Origin: Thermoanaerobaculia bacterium
Lineage (GTDB): Bacteria; Acidobacteriota; Thermoanaerobaculia; Multivoradales; UBA5704
NCBI GenBank assembly: GCA_038248205.1
Contig: JBBRUC010000003.1
Location: 596-64,595, forward strand
DNA: 64,000 nt
Direction of reading: 5' to 3'
How positions within the stretch are numbered: the stretch's first letter is position 1; each line of letters starts with the position of its first letter. A program made the translations under genes and the position numbers. The notes under the pieces were generated by a model. That model made no database searches. It was not told the DNA's origin and was given only the letters and a program-made list of their open reading frames with translations. Positions 48,782-56,414 of this stretch are shown in pieces.

Positions 48782-48892
48782 TTCACGTAGCCCTCATGTG
48801 AAGAGATTCTACCAAAGTTCGGGCCGAAGGGGGGCTACTCTTCGTTTCTGCCAATCGCCCCCAGGTTTGTGGCGCTTAGCCGAACGCCCCCC

Positions 48893-49219
48893 TTACTCCC
48901 AAGGGATATCCGGCATTCGAAGCCGTTCCACCTCGCGCCGTTCGAGTACGCTCGCTTGGAGAATCTCTTCGACGTCGTCGAGCGTCACGGCGCGATACCA
49001 GAGGTTGAGCGGCCAGATCGCGACGGTGATGCCCTGGCTGCAATGTTTGAGGCAGCCGGTGCGGACGACCATCACCCGGTCGCGGATGCCCAGCTCTTTG
49101 ACCCGGTCTTTGAAGCGGTGATAGACCGCGAGCGCGCCGCGCGGTGCGCAGCTCGGTTTCGCGGCCCCTTCGGGGCGTTCGTTCAGGCAGACCAGGATTT
49201 GGATCTCAGGGCGCGACAT
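48893..49219 (-). CDS. thioredoxin-like [2Fe-2S] ferredoxin
   Basis: 108 aa with four Cys in the C-x12-C-x31-C-x3-C arrangement (ILVCLNERP..PSCAPRG...GCLKHCSQG). Confidence 0.75.
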   Translation of the reverse strand: MSRPEIQILVCLNERPEGAAKPSCAPRGALAVYHRFKDRVKELGIRDRVMVVRTGCLKHCSQGITVAIWPLNLWYRAVTLDDVEEILQASVLERREVERLRMPDIPWE

Positions 49220-49296
49220 AGGCGCGAGCCTAGCAGGCTGGGTGCTACGGCGGAGCGGGGCGTGGGTTTCCGCAGTAAGATCCCGCCCACTTTTCC

Positions 49297-50166
49297 ATGC
49301 TGCGATTTCTCGTCAATCCGTCGTCGGGGCGCGGTGCGGGCGCCCGGCACCTCGACCGCCTGCGCATTCTCGCCTCCCGCTACGGTGCGGGGCTGGCGGT
49401 GTCGCGCACGGCGTCCGACTTGCCCATGCAGGCGTACCGGGCGGCACAGGATGGAGTGGAGCGTCTGATCGTGGTCGGCGGTGACGGCACGATGCACTTC
49501 GCCCTGCAAGGGCTCGCGGGCTCGGACTGCGCGTTGGGGGTCGTCCCGCTCGGCAGCGGCAACGACCTCGCCGGAAGCCTGGGCGTTCCGGCCAAGCTCG
49601 ACGAAGCGGTCGAGCGCGCGATCTCGGGCCCGATCCGCCGGATCGACTTGATCCGGGTCGGTCCGATCGTCAGCGTGAGCTACTTGGGCGTCGGCTTCGA
49701 CAGCGAGGTGACCCGGACGGCGAACCAAGTTCGCCACCTGCGCGGGCCGCTGATCTACGTCTGGTCCGTAATCAAGACGCTCGCCACCTTCAAGGCGCCC
49801 CACCTGCGGGTGGAGCACGACGGCGGAGTGTTCGAGGGAAAGGCGATGTTCGCGGTCGCCGCAAACCTCCCGCGCTTCGGCGGCGGCATGAAGATCGCGC
49901 CGGATGCCCGATTCGACGACGGCCTGCTCGACCTGGTGATCGTCCGCGAGGTCTCCAGGCTCGGTCTCCTGCGCGTCTTTCCAAAGGTCTACCCCGGCAA
50001 GCACGTCGGACACCCGGCGGTCGAGATCCTCCGCACCCGCCGCGCGGTCCTCTCGATCGACCGCCCGCTGTACCTCTACGGCGGCGGGGAGCCGGTCCGT
50101 CCGATGGCTCCCGGCGATCGGGTCGAGCTGGAGGTCTTGCCTGGCGCGTTGGCGGTAGTGGGGTAG
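49297..50166 (+). CDS. diacylglycerol/lipid kinase family protein (YegS/BmrU-like)
   Basis: Contains FLVNPSSGRG, LIVVGGDGTMH and PLGSGNDLA. Confidence 0.85.
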   Translation: MLRFLVNPSSGRGAGARHLDRLRILASRYGAGLAVSRTASDLPMQAYRAAQDGVERLIVVGGDGTMHFALQGLAGSDCALGVVPLGSGNDLAGSLGVPAKLDEAVERAISGPIRRIDLIRVGPIVSVSYLGVGFDSEVTRTANQVRHLRGPLIYVWSVIKTLATFKAPHLRVEHDGGVFEGKAMFAVAANLPRFGGGMKIAPDARFDDGLLDLVIVREVSRLGLLRVFPKVYPGKHVGHPAVEILRTRRAVLSIDRPLYLYGGGEPVRPMAPGDRVELEVLPGALAVVG

Positions 50167-50235
50167 ACGCGTTTCGGAAGTCGGTTGTGCCCGGTGGGAA
50201 TGAAGACCCCGCCGCGCTTGTTCCACGAGCAGCAT

Positions 50236-50390
50236 CCCCGGTGGGGAGTAGCCACCCGAAGCTTTTCGAAAAGCGATCTTTCGGACGTTTCGGGGCCAAC
50301 GGTCGTCAACACGGAGCTTCGCCAAGATGCTCCCGGCTGTTTGCGAGCGCTTCGGATTCAGGTCGAAGCGCTACGGCGAGACCACCACGA
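50236..50390 (+). promoter_or_regulatory. yybP-ykoY (manganese) riboswitch
   Basis: cggtGGGGAGUAGCCaccc ... GUCGUCAAC ... CCCGGCUGUUUG-(hairpin)-CUACGGCGAGACCACC matches the conserved blocks GGGGAGUAGC / GUCGUCAAU / CCGGCUUUGUUGACA...AGCAAGACC. It lies directly upstream of a TerC-family gene, as for E. coli alx. Confidence 0.7.
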
Positions 50391-50460
50391 CACGAACCTT
50401 CGTGCCGTGGCGTCTCGTTTTCGGACCCCACGGCCGATCTGCAGGTAGGAGATTGGCGCC

Positions 50461-51429
50461 ATGTTCGACACCCCCCTCTGGCTTTGGATCGGCTTCAACG
50501 GCGCCGTGCTGGCGATGCTCGCCCTCGATCTCGGCGTCTTCCATCGAAAGGCTCATGCCGTTTCGGTCAAAGAGGCCGCGATCTGGAGCGGCGTCTGGAT
50601 CGCCCTGTCGCTGTTGTTCAACGTCTGGATCTGGCACGCTCGGGGGTCGCAGGCCGGGCTCGAATTCTTCACCGGCTATCTGATCGAAAAATCGCTCTCG
50701 ATCGACAACATCTTCGTCATTGCCCTGATCTTCGGCTACTTCAAGGTTCCCGAGAAGGTCCAGCACCGGGTTCTGTTCTGGGGCATTCTCGGCGCGTTGG
50801 TCCTGCGGGCGATCTTCATCTTTGCCGGGGCGGCGTTGATCGAGCAGTTCCACTGGATCATCTACGTCTTCGGCGGCTTCCTGATCTTCACCGGGATCAA
50901 GATGGCGTTCTTCGGCGACGAAGAGATCCATCCGGAAAAGAACCCGGTGCTCCGCCTCGCCCGCCGCCTGATGCCGGTGACCTCCGACTACCGCGAGGGG
51001 AAATTCTTCGTCCGCGAGGGGGGCAAGCGGTGGGCGACTCCGCTGTTCATGGTCCTGCTGCTGGTCGAGAGCACCGACCTGGTCTTCGCGGTCGATTCGA
51101 TCCCGGCGATCTTTGCGGTCACCCGCGATCCGTTTCTGGTCTACACCTCGAACATCTGCGCGATCCTCGGCCTGCGCTCGCTCTATTTCGTCCTCGCCGG
51201 GGTGATGGGCAAGTTCTCGTACCTGAAGCTCGGCCTGGCCGTGGTGCTGGTGTTCGTCGGTGTGAAGATGACCGTGGTCGACCTGTGGAAGATCCCGACA
51301 CCGATTTCGCTCGGGGTGATCGCGGCCGTGCTCACAATTTCGATCGTCGCCTCCCTGATCAAAGACCGTCGAGCGGCGTCGGTCGTGCGAGAATCCGCAG
51401 GAAATGTCGAGAATCCACCACCTGTCTGA
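50461..51429 (+). CDS. TerC/Alx family integral membrane protein
   Basis: 322 aa and multi-TM, with LWIGFNGAVLAMLALDLGVFHRKAH, EKSLSIDNIFV and VESTDLVFAVDSIPA. Confidence 0.9.
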   Translation: MFDTPLWLWIGFNGAVLAMLALDLGVFHRKAHAVSVKEAAIWSGVWIALSLLFNVWIWHARGSQAGLEFFTGYLIEKSLSIDNIFVIALIFGYFKVPEKVQHRVLFWGILGALVLRAIFIFAGAALIEQFHWIIYVFGGFLIFTGIKMAFFGDEEIHPEKNPVLRLARRLMPVTSDYREGKFFVREGGKRWATPLFMVLLLVESTDLVFAVDSIPAIFAVTRDPFLVYTSNICAILGLRSLYFVLAGVMGKFSYLKLGLAVVLVFVGVKMTVVDLWKIPTPISLGVIAAVLTISIVASLIKDRRAASVVRESAGNVENPPPV

Positions 51430-53335
51430 CACCCTGATCTCGCAGATCGCCGCGGGCGAGGTGGTCGAGCGCCCCGCCTCGGTGGTCAAGGAGCTGGTCG
51501 AAAACGCGCTCGATGCCGGGGCGACCGAGGTGCGGGTCGAGCTGGAGGCGGGGGGCAAGCAGAGGATTACGATTTCCGACGACGGCTGCGGCATGGATCG
51601 CGACGATGCGCTGCTCGCCTTCGACCGCCATGCGACGAGCAAGATCGGCAGCTTCGAGGATCTGGAGCAGGTCGGCACGCTCGGCTTTCGCGGCGAGGCG
51701 TTGGCGACGATCGGCGCCGTCTCTCGGGTCGCCTTGACCACGGCCGAGCGGCCGGGCGAGGGGACGCGCGTGGCGATCGAAGGAGGGCGGGTGACGGCGG
51801 CCGAGCCGTTCGCGCGCACCCGCGGCACGACGATCGAGGTGCGTTCGCTGTTTTGGAACGTGCCGGCACGGAGGAAGTTTTTAAAGACGCCGGAGACCGA
51901 GCTGCGGCGGTCGCTCGAAAGCGTCCAAGGGTACGCGCTCGCGCGGCCCGACGTGCGCTTCACCGTCCTCCACGACGGCCGGACGCTGCTCGACGCCCTC
52001 GTGGCGGACCCGGCAGAGGCAGGAGACGAGGCGGGTTCGAGCGCGCCGGGAGCCGCGCGCCGGATCGGCCAAATCTTCGGCGAGCCGTTCGCCCGCCAGC
52101 TGGTGGAGATCCCGGCCGTACCGCTCGGCGATACCGTGAACGGCCGCGACGGCGAGGTGATTTCGGGGTTGATCGGCGCGCCGTCCACCGGGCGGGGCCG
52201 GCGCCATTTCACCTTCGTCAATCGCCGCCTGCTGCGCGATCGGGCGATCCTCGCGACGTTTTACCGGGCGGTTCGCGAAGAGTGGCGGAGCGAGGATTTC
52301 CCCGCGCTGTTCCTGTTTCTCGACCTGCCGCCGACCGAGGTGGACGTGAACGTCCATCCGCAAAAGGCGGAGGTCCGCTTTCGCGATCCCGGTTTCCTCG
52401 GCCGGGTGGAGCGGGCGCTCCGGCGCGGGCTCGAACGGGCGCGCGGCGAAGAGGCGGCACCTCTGCGCGATCTCTCCTCCTCGCCTCCCGGGGCGCTGCT
52501 CGGCTCGTTCTCCTGGCAAGGGCTCGGCGGCCGGTCGCCGTACGGCTCGGGCGCGACGGGAACCCAGCCGTCCGAAATCGCCGAGCGGCCGCGGGCCTCC
52601 GAGCTGTGGGTGCCTTCCGCGCCGGGTGCTCAAACTTCGGGTCCGCCAAGTCCAGACGAATCGCGCCTGGCGACCGCCGCCTATGCCCCGATCGGCGAGC
52701 GCGCCGCCGTGCCGCTCTCCGGGAGGAGCGGCGAGCGCCGGCCGTTCCGCCTGCTCGGGCAATACAAGGGGACGCTGATCCTGCTCGAAGGGCCGGAGGG
52801 GCTCTACCTGATCGACCAGCACGTCGCCCACGAGCGAATCCTGTTCGAGCGCCTCCGCCGCTCGTTCGCGGCGACCAGCCGCTCGGCCCAGCGGCGGGTT
52901 CATCCGATCCTTCTGGAACTGTCGGCCGCGGAAAGGCTGCGCCTGCTGGAGATCGCTCCGGCGCTTGAAAAAGCAGGGTTCGAGATCGTCGAGATGTCCG
53001 GCTCCGAGGTGGGGCTCACATCGCTCCCCGCGGTGTTGTCGATCGATGAAGGGGAAAAACTCCTCCGCGCGCTCGCCTCGTCGGCGATCGGCGGCGGCGA
53101 GATCTCCGGCGCAGAGGGAGCCGAGATCTTGAGCCGCCAGATCCTCGACGCGCTCGCGGCCACCCAGTCGTGTAAATCAGCAATCAAGATGCACCACCCA
53201 CTCGCCCCGCTCGAAATGGAAGTCCTGGTCGCCGAGCTGTTCGCCGCCGAAAACCCCTACGCCTGCCCCCACGGCCGGCCGATCGTGTTGCAGATGACCG
53301 ATTCGGATCTGGAACGGCGGTTCGGGCGGCGGTAG
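51404..53335 (+). CDS. mutL: DNA mismatch repair protein MutL
   Basis: Contains IHHLSDTLISQIAAGEVVERPASVVKELVENALDAGA and GFRGEALA. The C-terminal dimerisation domain has the ACPHGRP motif. Confidence 0.95.
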   Translation: MSRIHHLSDTLISQIAAGEVVERPASVVKELVENALDAGATEVRVELEAGGKQRITISDDGCGMDRDDALLAFDRHATSKIGSFEDLEQVGTLGFRGEALATIGAVSRVALTTAERPGEGTRVAIEGGRVTAAEPFARTRGTTIEVRSLFWNVPARRKFLKTPETELRRSLESVQGYALARPDVRFTVLHDGRTLLDALVADPAEAGDEAGSSAPGAARRIGQIFGEPFARQLVEIPAVPLGDTVNGRDGEVISGLIGAPSTGRGRRHFTFVNRRLLRDRAILATFYRAVREEWRSEDFPALFLFLDLPPTEVDVNVHPQKAEVRFRDPGFLGRVERALRRGLERARGEEAAPLRDLSSSPPGALLGSFSWQGLGGRSPYGSGATGTQPSEIAERPRASELWVPSAPGAQTSGPPSPDESRLATAAYAPIGERAAVPLSGRSGERRPFRLLGQYKGTLILLEGPEGLYLIDQHVAHERILFERLRRSFAATSRSAQRRVHPILLELSAAERLRLLEIAPALEKAGFEIVEMSGSEVGLTSLPAVLSIDEGEKLLRALASSAIGGGEISGAEGAEILSRQILDALAATQSCKSAIKMHHPLAPLEMEVLVAELFAAENPYACPHGRPIVLQMTDSDLERRFGRR

Positions 53336-53367
53336 CCGTCAGGTCGTTCCTGGTAGCATTCACCACG

Positions 53368-54054
53368 ATGTTCGGACGCCAATCTCTCCCTCTCGAAGAG
53401 CGCCTCAAGTACCGTTTCAAGCGACCGGAGCTTCTGAAGCTCGCTTTGACCCATCGTTCCGCCGCGAACGAGCATGGGTTGGAGCGGCATTATGAACGCC
53501 TGGAGTTTTTGGGCGACGCGGTGCTTGGGCTGGTCGCGGCGTCGTGGCTATACGACCGCAATCCCACTTTGCCCGAAGGGCAGCTCTCGAAACTGAAGGC
53601 CCAGCTGGTCAGCCGGGCGACGCTCGCGCCGCATGCCGAACGGTTGGCGCTCGGGCCGGAGCTGGAGATGGGGATCGGCGAGGAACGCTCGGGCGGCCGG
53701 ACCAAGGCGTCTTTGCTCGCCAATTCGCTCGAAGCGGTGTTCGGCGCGATCTATTTGGACGGCGGGCTCGATCCGGCGCGGACGGCGATCGAGACCATGC
53801 TCGAAACGGCATCCACCACCGGTGCACCTTTGCTCTCGGTGGACGCCAAGACCCGCCTCCAGGAAGTCTCGCAGGCGCACGACGGCGAGCTACCCGAGTA
53901 TCGGCTGATCGGCCAGAAAGGCCCCGATCACGACAAGGTCTACGAGGTCGAAGTGTGGGTATCGGGGGCTCTCGCCGGAAGCGGCGAGGGTTCGAGCAAG
54001 AAAGCCGCCGAGCAGCGGGCAGCGGCCGACGCCTTGGAAAAAATGGGCAAATAG
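53368..54054 (+). CDS. rnc: ribonuclease III
   Basis: ERLEFLGDAVLG is the RNase III signature. The C-terminal dsRBD reads DHDKVYEVEVWV...GSSKKAAEQRAA. Confidence 0.95.
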   Translation: MFGRQSLPLEERLKYRFKRPELLKLALTHRSAANEHGLERHYERLEFLGDAVLGLVAASWLYDRNPTLPEGQLSKLKAQLVSRATLAPHAERLALGPELEMGIGEERSGGRTKASLLANSLEAVFGAIYLDGGLDPARTAIETMLETASTTGAPLLSVDAKTRLQEVSQAHDGELPEYRLIGQKGPDHDKVYEVEVWVSGALAGSGEGSSKKAAEQRAAADALEKMGK

Positions 54055-54070
54055 CCGCCGCACGGGTCCT

Positions 54071-54092
54071 GGGCGCACACACAGGTGCGCCC
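54071..54092. terminator. hairpin in the convergent gap between rnc and the HDAC-fusion gene
   Basis: gggcgcac-acacag-gtgcgccc forms an 8-bp GC-rich stem that exactly fills the 38-nt gap. There is no clear U-tract. Confidence 0.45.
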
Positions 54093-56006
54093 CTACAGCA
54101 CCCGAAACGCCCGCCGCACCGCCGCGTACCGCTCGTATTCCGGCGTTTCGAACCGCGCCGCAAGCTCCTCGCGAGTCGGCAGAATCATCACCATCGGCCG
54201 CCAGGCGAACGGCTCGCCCGTCTCCGCGTCGACCACCTTGCCTTCCGCGACTAGGCGGGTCGCCTCTGAAAGCGACCGATCGCCGAGCGCTTCTTCGAGG
54301 CTCGCGATGCGCGCCTCGTCGTCCGGATCCAAAAGGCGCAGCAGGCGCCTCCCTTTGGCCGCCAGGTGGTAATACGAGGGGACGAACGAGATCCCATCGA
54401 GCCCCAGTCGATCGCAGGCGGCGACCAGGAGCGCCATCACCTCGGCGAGCAGGCCGAGGCCCGGGTGCTGCTGACCAGGGAGCCCCGCCTTGCCGGGAGG
54501 AAAGCTCGCGCGCGGATCTTGGAGCAGCAGCCATTCGAGATGGAGGAGCGGCACGCCGGGCAGCAGGCGGCGGTCCAGGCGCACCCGAATCTCCATCAGC
54601 AGGTCGCGCTTCGCCGCATCGCCGTAGAGGCGCGCCGTGTCGCCTGCCGGTTGGCCGAGGTCGAGTTCGATCGTCGGCCGGTCGTAGCCGCGGGCGCGTA
54701 GGCGTTCGAGCAGCCCCGCCCGTTCTAGTGCCAGCTCGACCCCCGAGCGCGAATAAAAGCCCAGGAAGCGGCTCGGTTTGCCCAGCCCGGTGCCGGGTGC
54801 GGGGGCCAGATCGTCCGCGGTGAGCCCCCAGTCGTCGAATTCAGGGGGGGCGTCGGCCTCGCCCGCCGCCCTCGAACCCGCCGAGGGGCGATCCGACTCG
54901 TCCTCCGCCGTCAATTGGTGCGCCGAGAGGGTCCTCGCGAGCGTGCGGAAACGGAACAGGAGCGCCTCTTCCGAGCTGGGCGGTTCAATCTCTCGGCCGC
55001 TCGCGAGCCAGGCGAGGAAACGCGCCGGGTAGCGCCACGCTCCCTTGCCATAGCCTCCGGCGAGAACGATCGCGATCCGCGGCGGTGCCTTCAAGGCGCC
55101 CAGCCGCTCGATCACGAAGCGGTCGCGCGCGAGCATCCCCGCCGGGGAGAGCCGCCAGTCGCCGATCGCGTCGCCCGCGGCCGGATCGGCTCCCGCCAGG
55201 TAGATCGCGAGGTCCGGGGCGAACTTCTCGGCGAGTGGCGGGAGGGTCCGCCGGAGCGCCGCGAGATACGCGTCGTCTTCGACGTTCGGGCCGAGCTCGA
55301 CGATCGTCGAGTTCTCCGTCGCGGGCGCCGTGGTCAGGTTGTGGATCGAGAGCGTATGGGTCCGGGGATCGCCCACGAGGATCGATCGGGTGCCATCGCC
55401 GTCGTGCAGATCGAGATCGACGACCAGGATTTTGCCCGGATAGCCCCGGACGCGCAGCGAGGCGATCGCCGCCGCCACGTCGTTGAACGCGCAAAACCGC
55501 TCGCCCCGGTCACGGAACGCGTGATGGAACCCGCCGCCCAGATTGACCGCCGGCCGCGCCGGCCCTTTGAGCGCCGCCGCCGGCCATTGCGCGGCCGTGT
55601 CGCCGGGCGCGGCTCCTCCGAGCGCCAGCTCCAGGGCGAGCCGGGTGCCGCCGGCCATCGTGCGCTGCGCTTCGAGAAACGCCTCGGCAAGACCGTCGGG
55701 CGGAGCGAAGCCGAGGATCGGTACCAGCGCCCCCGGGCGGCTCAGCGCTTCGAGATAGTCGTCCGAGTGGACGCGCCGCAGGTCGTGAAACGACATCGAC
55801 TCCGGCCGCAGGACGTCCTCGCTGCCGATCAGCCCTTCGGCCGAAAGGAACCCGAGGATGCGCTCGCCGCGCCGAGGGTCGTAGCCGACGCCCGAAAGAT
55901 CAAGCGCGTAGCGCGGCTCGTAGATCAGTTGAAGCGTCGAGCCCGCGAAGCGCCGGGATAGACGTCGTAGCGCGCGACGCAGCGGGCCGGCCGGTGGGGA
56001 GGCCAT
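54093..56006 (-). CDS. histone-deacetylase-family (Zn amidohydrolase) protein fused to an uncharacterised ~300-aa C-terminal domain
   Basis: The N-terminal half has LGGGFHHAFRDRGERFCAFNDVA and VDLDLHDGDGT (HDAC motifs). The C-terminal half has LHLEWLLLQDP...LPGQQHPGLGLLAEV, which I cannot assign. Confidence 0.8.
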   Translation of the reverse strand: MASPPAGPLRRALRRLSRRFAGSTLQLIYEPRYALDLSGVGYDPRRGERILGFLSAEGLIGSEDVLRPESMSFHDLRRVHSDDYLEALSRPGALVPILGFAPPDGLAEAFLEAQRTMAGGTRLALELALGGAAPGDTAAQWPAAALKGPARPAVNLGGGFHHAFRDRGERFCAFNDVAAAIASLRVRGYPGKILVVDLDLHDGDGTRSILVGDPRTHTLSIHNLTTAPATENSTIVELGPNVEDDAYLAALRRTLPPLAEKFAPDLAIYLAGADPAAGDAIGDWRLSPAGMLARDRFVIERLGALKAPPRIAIVLAGGYGKGAWRYPARFLAWLASGREIEPPSSEEALLFRFRTLARTLSAHQLTAEDESDRPSAGSRAAGEADAPPEFDDWGLTADDLAPAPGTGLGKPSRFLGFYSRSGVELALERAGLLERLRARGYDRPTIELDLGQPAGDTARLYGDAAKRDLLMEIRVRLDRRLLPGVPLLHLEWLLLQDPRASFPPGKAGLPGQQHPGLGLLAEVMALLVAACDRLGLDGISFVPSYYHLAAKGRRLLRLLDPDDEARIASLEEALGDRSLSEATRLVAEGKVVDAETGEPFAWRPMVMILPTREELAARFETPEYERYAAVRRAFRVL

Positions 56007-56028
56007 GGTGATCTGATCCTAGGCTCGC

Positions 56029-56403
56029 CTAACTCAGCTCGACCCAGGTGGCGCCCCAGCCGCCCGCTTCGGCGGGCGGGTCGCCGAAGGAGACGACCCG
56101 CGGATCGGCGGCCAAAATCTTCCGCGTGATGTCGCGCTGCACCCCTTTGCCCTTGCCGTGGATGATCCGGACATGGCGAAAGCCGGCTCGGTGGGCGGCG
56201 TCTAAGTACTCGCTTACTACGTCGGCCACCTGGTTGGGCCGAAAGCTGTGCAGGTCGAAGACGTCGGAAAGGGCCAGGACGACCGTTTCCGGGAGGTTCT
56301 CGTCCTCCTCAAACGGTGCGGGCTCCGGTGACGGGAGATCGGAGGGCCGCTTGTCGGCGAGCCCTTCGATCCCTTCTCGTACCCGCTGCCAGATCCCCGC
56401 CAT
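56029..56403 (-). CDS. Smr domain protein
   Basis: DLHSFRPNQVADVVSEYLDAAHRAGFRHVRIIHGKGKGVQRD is the Smr signature. The start is taken at Met 56403 to avoid overlapping the upstream gene. Confidence 0.75.
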   Translation of the reverse strand: MAGIWQRVREGIEGLADKRPSDLPSPEPAPFEEDENLPETVVLALSDVFDLHSFRPNQVADVVSEYLDAAHRAGFRHVRIIHGKGKGVQRDITRKILAADPRVVSFGDPPAEAGGWGATWVELS

Positions 56404-56414
56404 CGATCGCGCGC

